A stretch of 64,000 nucleotides of DNA from Paraphysomonas bandaiensis (GCA_965644295.1 CBFFRP010000143.1:124001-188000); one strand, 5' to 3'. Counted from the stretch's first letter, positions 35,790 to 51,429 are shown. Made by a program: numbers and translations. Notes: generated by a model not told the origin, from the letters alone.

Positions 35790-36530
35790 AATTGATCCAA
35801 CCCTCCCACCTTGGGGTTCCGCCATTCTCAAGAAACTTTCTCGCAGAGACTGGAGTACCTCGCTTTCACAGGTTGAACGATTCTGGACAGGAACTATCAC
35901 TGAGGCTCAAATGGAAAGCGCTTTTTACTGAACACAGTACAATTGCTCCCTCAATTCGCGAGGACTACGTGCCATTGATAAAAAGCAGTTGTTATCCTCC
36001 TTCAACCGCTTTACGCTGCAGCCAAACAAATGCTCCAAGATCAAAGTAGGTGTTATGCTGTCAACCCGAAGGGGCCACAACGACTCCCCCCTAGACCGCG
36101 TCAGCGACGTGGACACACACGAAGCAACATACGATGCAGAGCATGGCGGAGTCGGCAGCTTTCCTCCAGCTCGCGCCCAAAATTTAAATCGAGCAACACC
36201 CAGCGGAAGCCACGGAATCTACGTTTACTACGTGTAAAGCGGAGACCTAACGCGCCCCTCCGGTCGTCTTCCTCTTCCACCACCTCAGCTTCAGCAGAGA
36301 AGCCACGATGCCAACTCCGTCAGCGACTCCTCTTCCCTAGGCCCAACTCGCAGCTCGAGCCATTAAAAACACGACGGCGCCCCAATCCACCCCCTCGCCC
36401 ATGTATCGCAGGCTAGGTAGACTCGACACACTAATTCAGTATCCTCCTCCACAAGGTCCTGAGGAGCCTTACCCTAAGGGGCGTCCGTCAGACTAATCCT
36501 TCTGCATTTCAAAGACTAACGTCCTACTGA
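35790..36530 (+). mobile_element. Possible Penelope-like retroelement relic
   Basis: LSLRLKWKALF...PLIKSSCYPP resembles the R.LR.K.FF...KS.W.PP segment N-terminal to PLE reverse transcriptases; C-rich patch, frames broken, no RT core. Confidence 0.3.
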
Positions 36531-37368
36531 TGTGTGACTATGCAAGATATAGAACTGACTGATGAACATATGATAAACAGATGTTGCTGAGAACAGATAG
36601 TTCAACATATGTTACACGAATATGTAGTGAAGTGTTCAGAATAACTATTATAATTTGTTACTTGAAAGTGCATTGTGTTCAACATTATAGCAAGGTTAAG
36701 GTTTACGTGTAGAGCAAAGTTAACTTCAGTGAAATGTCCAATTCTAACAGTCAGGGCTAGAAAATTGTACATTGTAATACTATTGATCTACTGATAAATA
36801 CATAAATAGCGTCCCATCAATAGTATAGTATAGTAAGCCGTTCAACAATAATATTGCATTATATTTATATATTAGTATAGCAATTGCCGGGAACCATGCA
36901 CCAGGCCCAGTTTTACCTATCAACTATAATGAAGTCCTCTATACATTGATTGTGAGGCATTATAGTAAATAGTTTATGTGATTAGGCTGGTATACTGATA
37001 TTGAATATGATGTAAAAGGTAGCAACTATAAATTATTTATAGCAGGCAATTTTTTAATTTAAACATTTGCTTGCAGCTTCGCGAACAGGTCCTTATAATT
37101 GTTAATTGCTAATATTGTGGAGGAGAAATCTAGTGTTCGTGAATAAAGAATAAGGGCTATGAGCTGGACAAGGCATCCTTGTATCGCATGCAATTTAATG
37201 AAGATATCATGCTTACGACAGCTTTCAATTCAGCAACGAAGGCGAGATGGCGCAAAAATATACAAAGTAATCCCGATTACTTAATATTTTAAACGTTCTG
37301 TCAAGTTGACATAAAACATCACATATCAACGCCGGCAAATTTCGCGTTCAGACAGACGTATACGAAAA

Positions 37369-38737
<1,369 letters not shown>

Positions 38738-39238
38738 ATCAACTATAAGACAATTGCAGGACGAGCTGTTTCAACTTTAACAATAGCGAAGCAACGCAAA
38801 TGAGACGACTGTAAAGGAGCATGCGCATATATGTACAGTGTATATATATACTGTACATACAGCAGTAGGCTACCACCTACATATACACACACACCATCAG
38901 AGCACACAACTGGAACTGTATCCCCTATATGGGATATCAGCTTCCTACGTCACTGATAGGCCGGAGAAGATAATTCAGTTTAGACCTGCGACCGCTGAAG
39001 ATATAATTCGCCGCAAGAAAGAGGCAATACATCATACAGCAGTGTATACCACCATATCATACGCACCACACCAGGCCTGGTGCTGTGTACAAGAGACCAG
39101 CTCTCTGTATGACGGTGAGGTATCTCCGCATGTGTTGTGCGTGTACTTGTATGACATAACAACTCTGCAGTTACTTAATTAAACCAATACTGGGGCTCAT
39201 CACACTAACTTCTCGGTTTATTTTGTCATAACAAATTA

Positions 39239-41381
<2,143 letters not shown>

Positions 41382-41760
41382 AAAATATGTCTTCGCAGCA
41401 ACACGATTAGAGTATAAGCCCTCTAATGTCCTTGATTGGTACAATTAAGAGACTGTTAACTGGACTAAAAGTATGATTAGCTAGTGTAGAGTGCTATTGT
41501 CTGCAAATATATCAGGTTATGCGTCTTTATTGTAATACGCGGATCATTATTTAAAAAAATTTTGGATTTGCTATTACACACTGCATGTATTTTCAGCGGA
41601 AGTGGAAATACGAATTAGCAGCAATGAGCAAGACATATGTGCTGTCAGTAGCGCAGCCTCGCCGTTTTTTAGATAACTAGTGCAGTGCTAGTGGTTACGT
41701 GGCTACAATAAAATTTTCTTTTAGTCAAAAGTATATTGTTCCCTAGCCCTATGCATATAG

Positions 41761-42943
41761 CAGGGCTGCGTATCACTTAATTGACGGAGATTGTAGTCAA
41801 TTATAATTGCAATTATTACTTGCTGTCTCAATTTCAATTATCTGCAATTATTTAGTACTACAATACACCAGCTGCCATTATAGCTACCTCAACTGTCATT
41901 TCATTCCAGAGGCGACGATTCATGCGTTAAAATATAATTAGCTCTTAAATGTTGAGGAGTCACGCTCTTGCGCAAGCCCGTCATAACAATCGTAGCTCTA
42001 CTGAACAACCTTTCAACCTTATTTTGGTTGTAGCATGCAAGTGTTTCATGCTGCGGTAACGAGTTTGATGGTTACGTCTTGCTTGCTTCCGCTGCCTGCT
42101 ACCATCAATCAAACGTTGCGCTGCGTCGTCATTCGGAAATAAACTTGCACCGTCAAAATCATCATCGAGCAAAAATATTTTAGTTTGATCCTTTGCCCTC
42201 CGAGTTACGGCTTCGTTGCCACATTGAATCTTCACGATTTTCGAAAGCAGCGTTATGAATAATAGCAGCACTACCGCCCAGATGACGCTCAATAATCGGG
42301 TGTCTTATGAAGAGTTCGTCAAACAATGTACAAACGTCGTGGAGGTCAAGATGGTGTTAACCTTACTTCTGTAATAGCAAGGACAGTAGTTGAAACAATT
42401 CCTATTCCTCCCGTATTGCACGAGCTTGGCGTGCACCTTTACAGTTGGCATTAGACTTAACACGTCGGAACTAAATTAGAATGATCGCATATGATTACAT
42501 AGAAGCAAGTAGCGGTCAATCACGGAAAATGTGGAGCCCCTTTTTTCCTACAGGACAAATCTTTATATTGCAGCCTCTTCGTTGCTATTATCATTTTCGT
42601 TCTCAAATAATAACACTCGTACAATGACTTCTGGTGCCAGTTTGTTGCTCATATCGCTAATTAATTAAATGAAATACTATGTGAGATATCCTATGAATAT
42701 TACAGTCTTTCACCAATCTTCTATTTTTATTCTAAAAATTGGATTTTTTAATAAAAATGCCGTTTTTTAGCAACTTTATAGCATAAAATGGTGGATTTTA
42801 ATATCAATTAATTGAAGCGAGCTGGAGTCCATTATAATTGCTATTGTGATTTGTTGTCCCAATTTCAATTATAGCAAATTTCAATAGTTGACAATATATT
42901 GCTATTAATTGAAAATCAATTAATTGATACACGCAGCGCCCCG
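41761..42943. mobile_element. Non-autonomous hAT-type DNA transposon
   Basis: Left end CAGGGCTGCGTATCACTTAATTGA; right end reverse complement CGGGGCGCTGCGTGTATCAATTAATTGA; 8-bp TSD GCATATAG / CCATATAG (7/8); CAATT-rich subterminal repeats. Confidence 0.75.
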
Positions 42944-43712
42944 CCATATAGTACGAAATTGAATACATGATACGAAAAGTTTCCTTAAAATGTAACATAG
43001 TTCCCCGACAACCCCTATGTTTTTACTCTTTTGTAAGATAGACGATGTACATCTACGCTGTTTACAAACATATAATAGCTTCGTCTGCGTAGTCCTCGGC
43101 ACTAGATTTAAAAATAACTTTTAGTCTACATCACAAATTGTGCTACAATACGAAGTAATATGTAGTATATAGTGTGTGTAGTGTATTATCTGCTAAACAG
43201 CCATGAAGCTAAAAGCTAAAGTATTCTGAAAGGTAGTAGACGAACGATATTGAAGAATGAATGATGGGCTCATGAGAACTAGCTACTGTTGGACGATTAA
43301 ACGCTGTATTTCAAGGTTTCTGAATTATAATTTTTTGCTTGAATAATATTCAGTATTCAGGGCTCGTAACAATTAATCGTTAATTTACTAGCGTTGTAAT
43401 ATATAATTAAAATATAGGGCCAGAAATTCGAACTGATCATTTAAAACTTTCTTCAATTAATTGTCAATTATTGCAATTTTAACTGGAATATTTTTAATGC
43501 AATCATTTTGAATGCGTATACTTTAGTTACTGCAAATAATCATAATTTCAAGTGAAATAGTGGAGCATGAAGTACGGGGAAAGATTTGATATTATTTCAA
43601 CGTGTGTGTGTCAATAGAATTACTGAAGGAAAATATCACCTCGAACTCTACAAAGTTCATACATATTAACAAACTCTTTACAAGGCTCCTAATCGCGAGC
43701 ATCATCTAGGTG

Positions 43713-43819
43713 CCCTCAACAAAGTCGGACTCGCACTTTTTCATGGTGTTTTGGGGGATAAGCACAGGAAATATTTCTTCAGGAAAATAACGTGAACCGC
43801 ACATATACAGTCAGCAGAT
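43713..43819 (+). repeat. Dispersed ~110-bp repeat, copy 1
   Basis: Aligns over its length with 51320-51429 (roughly 80-85% identity by eye, one 3-bp indel). Confidence 0.85.
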
Positions 43820-44522
43820 AACGTTCTGCCCAGTCATAGCCGAATGCTTGTGTGTTGTACAAGGGACACTGAAATATAAGACATTACTACTACTCATCTA
43901 GGCAACTATGCTGCTTTTGACAAGAGTCGAAGATAGCTATATATATATACGATATATGCGTATGCAATGTATCCAGAATGTATAATGGACTACAACCTGC
44001 GTCCTCAACTAATTGTTACCACATAGACCTTAATTCAGAGTTTATTTTATTGACCAACGTTTAGTTGAAATACTCGCACATATTTTTGGCACTGGTTACT
44101 ACAATGTTAGAAACAACAGTTTTCAAAAGAATTGGAACAGGTAAGAGTGGAGATGCTATACCTGTTTTATGCTCTGACAGTGTCATAGACATAATAATAC
44201 TTATATGAAGTCAATAGTCATACATCAGTTTGATTTGATTTCATCAAATCTAACCATCAGAGCATAACTATCCCTGTACTTCAATATCCCACATAAAAAT
44301 AATATACAGTACAATCCGAGTGTCCTTAGAAGCCACTATTAAACATGACCCAAAGACGCAAAACCAAGAATACATACAGCAGATAATATGTAAAGATATT
44401 TATATTTAAAGGTGATATCGCTACTATCATGAAAACTTCACAACAGTAACAACACTTTAATATTAGTCACAATACAAAAAGAGTCATGGCTACGATTATG
44501 TCGAATCGCATATTACCGTATA

Positions 44523-46054
44523 TTAAGCGTTGTCCGCAGCTTCACTTTCACCAGCGAGACAAGAAGTTGTTATATCATTGACAGTGCTACTTTCCATACT
44601 TGAGTCTCCCTCTGTAAGTACGATTACGCACGTACTGATACGCAATACATTGACATGAAATGTACTTGTATGTACTCAGTAAACACTTATACGATCAAGC
44701 ACGCATATGGCTTCAATGTGTCAAAAAGTTTCATCACGCACATCACTCACCAGTATCGCCGACATCTCCCTTCAACTCGTTGCCATTCTCATTCATGGGT
44801 GCCTGCCCTTCAGTTACACTTGGGCACCCCAGCTTTTCCCGCTCGGATGCCGTGAGAGGAAGACTTGTTGGACGAGCTGCAATGTAGATAAGCGTACGCT
44901 ACACACAGTGCGCAAAACTCACGTATATCAATTTTTTCTACCAGCCCGGAGACGTCGTTGTCTTCGCTCAATATTGCACCCTTGCTAGTTTTGCTAAAAG
45001 TAGCGCTGCGGCGTTTTCCTGCAGAACTCTCACAGCGGGGGCGCGTCAACGTAGTCTATACACTGATCACAAACTACAACAGCATAGTCACAGGCAGACT
45101 TACATGCACCAGTTCGCCATCAGCAGACTGATTCGGAACTGTCACTGACCGACTCCTCGATGCAGTGCTCTCCGACGAGGGGGGCACAGTAAATGACGGT
45201 CGTGGACCGCCTGGTACTAGTGCACCAACATTAATTTTCCCAAACAAACTTGGATCAAGCTTCGAGGTCCGTCTGCTTGTCTTCATACCAGCAGTACCAG
45301 AATTATCCGGCACAACTAACGACGCAGCTCTCTCTTTCACCGACATACCCACTCCAGATGGCTTAGATACATCCTCTTTATCAGCATCCGTTGATGACTG
45401 TGATGTTGATACTGACTGAGATTGGGGTGTTCCTGAGCCAACTGAAGAGCCTGCCTTCATCAGTGCGGCTCTCTCTTTCACCGACATACCCACTCCGGAC
45501 GGCTTAGATACATCCTCTTTATCAGCATCCGTTGATGACTGTGATGTTGATACTGACTGAGATTGGGGTGTTCCTGAGCCAACTGAAGAGCCTGCCTTCA
45601 TCAGTGCGGCTCTCTCTTTCACCGACATACCCACTCCAGATGGCTTAGATACATCCTCTTTATCAGCATTCGTTGATGACTGTGATGTTGATACTGACTG
45701 AGATTGGGGTGTTCCTGAGCCAACTGAAGAGCCTGCCTTCATCAGTGCGGCTCTCTCTTTCACCGACATACCCACTCCAGACGGCTTCGGTGTAGTCTCA
45801 CTCCCAGATGACTCACTGGACTTGTTCGTCGACAATACAGCGGAGGTAGAGGTTATAGAAGCCGCTCTCTCTTTCACAGACATCCCACTACTGTGAGATG
45901 AAGAGACATTCCCACTGCTTCCTTCATTTGTATTACTCGAAGATATGTTTATGTTGGCTACAGTGGCTCTGTGTTTGCGAGGGCTCGGCACTGGCTGATC
46001 CTCAGTGCTCGTTGATTTCTTATTAAACGCAGCTATTCTATCTCTCACTGACAT
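44523..46054 (-). CDS. CapZIP/FAM21-like disordered protein with a capping-protein-interaction (CPI) motif and internal 47-aa repeats
   Basis: Intron 45056-45103 joins LVH|TTLTRPR (CPI consensus LxHxTxxRPK); upstream KINVGALVPG; further introns 44877-44922 and probably 44612-44750 (alternative stop at 44743). Confidence 0.7.
45326..45788 (-). repeat. Coding tandem repeat, 141-bp unit x ~3.3
   Basis: Unit KPSGVGMSVKERAALMKAGSSVGSGTPQSQSVSTSQSST(N/D)ADKEDVS, nearly identical at DNA level. Confidence 0.95.
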
Positions 46055-46236
46055 TTTATTAAGATGATTGGAATAACTGAAAAGTTGAAACCTCTACTCA
46101 TACGACAGTAAGGGAGCCGCGATGGTATGTGTATCTACCCATCTAGATTCGATACCAATTCGAAGCAACCATCATACACACATCTCCATATATACTTAGC
46201 TGTATATATGGGCATACAATACATGGATATTGCTGG

Positions 46237-46644
46237 TATGTATGTATGTATGTATGTATGTATGTATGTATGTATGTATGTATGTATGTATGTATGTATG
46301 TATGTATGTATGTATGTATGTATGTATGTATGTATGTATGTATGTATGTATGTATGTATGTATGTATGTATGTATGTATGTATGTATGTATGTATGTATG
46401 TATGTATGTATGTATGTATGTATGTATGTATGTATGTATGTATGTATGTATGTATGTATGTATGTATGTATGTATGTATGTATGTATGTATGTATGTATG
46501 TATGTATGTATGTATGTATGTATGTATGTATGTATGTATGTATGTATGTATGTATGTATGTATGTATGTATGTATGTATGTATGTATGTATGTATGTATG
46601 TATGTATGTATGTATGTATGTATGTATGTATGTATGTATGTATG
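46237..46644. repeat. Perfect (TATG)102 microsatellite
   Basis: 408 bp of uninterrupted TATG. Confidence 0.99.
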
Positions 46645-46860
46645 GTACACATAGAGGACCAGCAGCAGATTCAGAATGTGAAACGGCAATTGCAGTGGTA
46701 TGTGTATGTGTATGTGTATCTGGATGCTGGTGTCATATTTACCGCATTTCTTTCATGCAGCTGTAAGAAGCGTAGACTCTTCTAGTTGTCAGAGTTATCG
46801 CTTAGATAGATTTCCCATTTCCGCAGTCCAGTTATAGTAAGCAACTCAACAGGTATAGTT

Positions 46861-47445
46861 ATGGGCGCCGACAGTAGTAAAATGGGCATCTCTGCGATTG
46901 CCATAGTCTCTGGAATCGAGAAAGAACACATACTCAAACTTCGTACCAGCTTTCAAAACTTCTGTGATAACTCTGGAGAAGTCAGTGTTGTATCTAGAGC
47001 TGACTTTGACAGCGCTCTCAAATCATTAGAAGGCCTAGAGCCCTCGGACGTTGAGTTGCTGGACAGACTTTTCATTTTACTCGATGAGTCCGGTGATTGC
47101 AAGATTGATTATAAGGACTTCCTTGTGGGTACGGCGGCTTTAATCACAGGAACTGTGTCTGAAAAAATTCTTTTCGCGTTTAACGTTTACGATGAAAGCG
47201 ATTCAGGGGAAGTGATGTCCGGTGATATGAAAAAAATATTTACTGCTCTCAATGCAGTTGCGAGCTTCTTTGGAGATCCTGTTATGACTCCAACCCAAAT
47301 AAAAGAATTGGTTATTGATGTATTTAAACAGGGTTCCAGCCCCTCTGCACCTCTTCGTTATGAAGATCATTTAGAAGTCATATCTTCGCACCCTGTAGTT
47401 TCCCAGTTTGTGAATGGCAAGGGCAGTGTACGCTTTGGGCGATGA
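46861..47445 (+). CDS. Calcineurin-B-like / NCS-type EF-hand calcium sensor, 194 aa, intronless
   Basis: Myristoylation motif MGADSSK; EF-hands DESGDCKIDYKD and DESDSGEVMSGD; EKILFAFNVYD; C-terminal HPVV. Confidence 0.88.
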   Translation: MGADSSKMGISAIAIVSGIEKEHILKLRTSFQNFCDNSGEVSVVSRADFDSALKSLEGLEPSDVELLDRLFILLDESGDCKIDYKDFLVGTAALITGTVSEKILFAFNVYDESDSGEVMSGDMKKIFTALNAVASFFGDPVMTPTQIKELVIDVFKQGSSPSAPLRYEDHLEVISSHPVVSQFVNGKGSVRFGR

Positions 47446-48357
47446 TGAACAGTAACACCCGATGCATCGTTATTGATGTAACGAATAAGCTGACCAGTTT
47501 TATATGTTTTGTTTCGCCCGAGCTGATGCGAGCAAATTGCCAATTATGTTAATAATAAGTCTTGTTTCTAACATCGTACTTCGGTTACCCGAATACTACA
47601 AGAGTGAAATTCATTAAGACTATTTTAAATCGTTTCAATGTTATTGTAGCTGGATCTTTGCTACTTCATTGAGTCGAAGTTGTATCCCTGTTGAGTAAGT
47701 GTAGGGCGGCGCATTCTTGACATTTCTGGTGGTTGGTGGGACGAAAAGGACTTCTACTTTCGTATTTCGTAGTGGTGAGTGCATCACTTGAGAAGCACTG
47801 CACTACTTTGATATTGGTTATATATATATGTAATAGCTCACAGGTCTACATTTTCACTGAAACGTGACTAGTTTAAGTCACTTATTTTTTGACGAGGCCA
47901 ATTGAACATTTTGACTAGGGTCAACAATAGACATTAATCAATAGACAATAGAGTGCTGGAATACGAATGTTTAGTGCTTGCGGCGACGCACAAGCAGCTT
48001 CTGTAGCGTTAAATAGTAGGATAATGGAATTTGTACGGATTAGTTATGGGTAGAGGTCTAACTAGCTAACTAGTATGTCTAGCATTCAACTAGCCACTAT
48101 ATTGGTACAGGTTTCTAACGCCTATTGCTAAATAAAAAGACTTTCAATATACGAATGTTTCTCTAAAATGACACTGTGAATACGTTAAATACAATGTAAA
48201 AACAGTAATACGTAGTCAAAGATACTATGTTATAGCTATAACTGTGAAACTGAAGTATTGTATCATGAATCATGACGATTCAAGATACGGAAGTTGAGCA
48301 GTGGTTGACAAGAACGAAATATACTATCATGTTGTTGACATGTACCAATGTTTTACA

Positions 48358-48460
48358 TACTAAGTGTGAATAGAAGTAAGTGTTACTAAATGTAAATAGA
48401 AGTAAGTGTTACTAAGTGTGAATAGAAGTAAGTGTTACTAAGTTTCGAATGTAAGTGTTA
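48358..48460. repeat. 26-bp minisatellite, about 3.5-4 units
   Basis: TACTAAGTGTGAATAGAAGTAAGTGT repeated with few changes; last unit degenerate. Confidence 0.85.
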
Positions 48461-48944
48461 CTACGAGTGATGACAATTCGCTGTAGAGAACAAAGATATC
48501 ACCATATTGCCGAGTGATCTTGGAGGGACCTCTTTCACATAATAATATTTTCTCGACACCTAGGAGCCCCTGAGAGTAACGGAGGGTTAGGGTTAGCCGA
48601 GAGCGTGCTCTACGATGTTATGTTATTTGGGGTCGTATGGCTTCAAACTGAATATATTCTGCAGGTGTGAAGATATTCTTCAAACGAGTTCACTTCCTCC
48701 TCCAAAAACAACATTTTTGATTTTTGAGTGCCCATATCTCACGACACAGACAGAGTCACTATAAAGTTCAATATAACGAAATGTTCAGCATTTTATGGAC
48801 TATTTATTTCGTGTTAAAATCACAGTATTTTTATTGCTAAAATGAAAAAGTTATGGAATTAAACATAAAAGACACTTTTTCATATGATTTTTTTCATGAT
48901 TTTTGGCCTTTCTCTTCTCTACAGCGAATTGTCATCACTCGTAG
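48461..48944. mobile_element. Tc1/mariner-type MITE, 484 bp
   Basis: Perfect 30-bp TIRs CTACGAGTGATGACAATTCGCTGTAGAGAA (48461-48490 / 48915-48944) flanked by TA on both sides. Confidence 0.9.
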
Positions 48945-48953
48945 TATCGAATG

Positions 48954-49570
48954 TTAGTTAATGTAAAAATTGGAACAAACTAAAAAATTGCTAAGGAACA
49001 GATGGTAAAAAATATTCAATCCATCTTTAAATAACTCGTCTGCATGACAGTTCAAATCATCTTTGTCGTGTGACATGTAATAAACTTTGCCGTTCTCTCT
49101 ATAGAAGTATCTTAAATATCTATTTTCGCCTGTTTCTTTGTTATATACTCTCTCTTCACCATTCTTACTGATAAACTTTCTTTTATTAAAACTCATTACT
49201 ATATATTATATATATATAATAATTCTTTATATTATTTTAAATTGTTTTATATTAATTTATTTTTTCACATAGAAATCAGCATATACAAAATCAAGAAACT
49301 TTTTATCGTCTTTAACTTTGTTCTTCAAATATTCTACATCATCCCAATCTTTAATTTCGTTGTCTTTAAAACTCTTTATTGTTAAGTATCTATTGTCAAT
49401 GGTTTTTATAGATATGCTTATTTTATGTCTGTCTATTCCTTTATCATCTAACAATGCTTTATAAAGTTTTCTTATATCATTTATTTGAAGCTTATTCCCT
49501 GTTTTAGAGGTCTTATTCTCTTTGCTCCTAACTTGTATTTGCCTTTTGATACAATATCAACATCTTTAAC
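48954..49570 (-). other. AT-rich relic of two tandem small K/N/D/I-rich ORFs, resembling an endogenous DNA virus (Polinton-like/virophage) fragment
   Basis: Abrupt AT enrichment, A/T-ending codons, no introns, 60-bp spacer ...AATATAAAGAATTATTATATATATATAATATATAGTA-ATG; upstream ORF carries one frameshift (~49511). Confidence 0.45.
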
Positions 49571-51319
49571 CGTAAAAAGTAGAAACAAACGATGGAGAAA
49601 GAAGTGTTAAATTAGCCGACGGAAATGTATTGGTTTCAGTGAGGTGGTCATGATTCCGTGAATTCTCCAGTTCGGCTGTTCGAGCTGCCACATGCTGCTG
49701 CTCGTTGAAATATTGATTCTGTTGCGCGAATATTAGTAACGATTTGAATCATTTCATCCAGTGTATCTGGACAAATAAGAGCATGCAATGTCTGATATAA
49801 GGGATCAGGACTGCGGTCTTCTTTTGTGATCGAATACTCTGCAGGATCGTCAGGCAAGGGAGTAAAATCTTCCTCCAGCTCCAGAGCGCAAGTAAAAATC
49901 CAGGATCGTCAGGCAAGGGAGTTTTACTTGCGCTCTGGAGTATATTCTGGATGCATACGAGTGTATGTATGGGAGTTATATGAGCTCTACTGAGGATACC
50001 CTTCGTGCTAACGAGAACAAAAGCGTCTTGTCCAAAAAAGCATACCGCAGAAGCCAATCAGAAATGCATGGAGCTTGTCAATAAAAAAAGTGTCACTCCA
50101 ACAGTCACTGTGAGGACAAGAATCTTTGTAGTGATGATAACTCTGATTTGATTGCAGTGAAATTGTGATTGTATAGTAATAGCAAATGCTATGCGGCTGA
50201 CTAAAGTGTGACGTCGAACAGAACATTGAAGTATTGACAGGCACTGGTATAGGGCAGCGTTTTGGAACTCCAAGAAGCAGATTAGGGATGGCTTGAGGGA
50301 ACAAGTCATCGTTATCCAGCTGAAATCTTGATGTCATGTTGCTCATAATAAAAGAAACCGCAACTTCAATTTTGAAGTAGCGAATACCACGTACTTAGTT
50401 TTGTAATTTGGAATTTCAATAATAAAGCAATTTGAGAGAGAGAATACACTGTGAATTGTGCTATTATTAACTGTGAGTTTGTATAGCAAGCTTCAATACT
50501 AACTGTATATGCGGGAGAGCTGTTGTAAAGGTTTAGGCCTCATTATCGACACGATGAGCGTGACAAGTGGGTTCCCATGACATGTAGAAATGCGGAGAGT
50601 GTAGATGGAAGTGCACCAATTTGTGCTGTGTGTCTCGAGGTTGTTGAAGATGACGCAAGCACTATGCCTGTTAGTATTAGAGGGGAGTAAATAATTTGAA
50701 GTGCGCAGTGAAGTTCAGTCCGAGTACGTTGTTGATTTATGTGCTGATTTACAGTATGAAACCGTGTTTGAAATGGAAAAAGAAGACCATGCAGATGAGG
50801 CAGTGGATAAGCTCGACTTACTGCGCAATGCTCTCAGTCGTGGTAAAAAGAGAAATGCATCAGAAATGGCTTTCAACTCCAGAGACTGCCGGCTAGTGTC
50901 AGTTAATAAGTAGTGGTGTGTGGCTCACACTCTACTACTCTAGTTACATGCGCAAGCAATAATGAGAACTAGATGGTACTGTAATGAACTATGAGATTAG
51001 GTGAAATTTATATATGCTCAAGATTTGTCGTTAATTTTACGTGACAACACACACAATTGTATATGCAATGTAATAAAAGAGTCTATCTAGTTTGATTACA
51101 ATAAACTTCTCTTAACGATTTTAATTGTGAAAATGGCCAATAGGCATTATATATAGAATATAGAGGCATGCTAGATATCACTTTTACTGCTTTGATTATA
51201 TAAAATGATGAGGCCGAAAGAGCACAGCTGTCTAGTTATTCTAAGATATAATATCTTGTGTATTATACGGGTCACTTCTGCTTGATTGATATAAAACAAT
51301 TACGGATTACGGTAGTTTA

Positions 51320-51429
51320 CCCTCAACAAAGTCCTCGGACTCACGCCTTTTCGTGATGTTCTGGGGGATAAGTACCGGAAACATTTCTTCGGGAAACTAA
51401 CGTGAGCAGCACATATATAGCCAGCAGAT
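51320..51429 (+). repeat. Dispersed ~110-bp repeat, copy 2
   Basis: See 43713-43819. Confidence 0.85.

Noticed and set aside
38838-39182. 114-aa ORF between ETFA and the esterase
   Set aside because: GTG start, no motifs, and it occupies the shared promoter region.
46127-46785. Five ORFs of 169-184 aa (poly-MYVC / poly-HTYI)
   Set aside because: Artefacts of the stop-free TATG microsatellite.
48358-48460. Regularly spaced repeats suggesting a CRISPR array
   Set aside because: Units are contiguous with no unique spacers, there are no cas genes, and the context is eukaryotic.
48583-48596. TTAGGG repeats as a telomere or fusion scar
   Set aside because: Only about two units, and internal to a MITE.
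49648-50913. Short ORFs that look like gene fragments
   Set aside because: No consistent splice model or family; probably pseudogenic, but not supportable.
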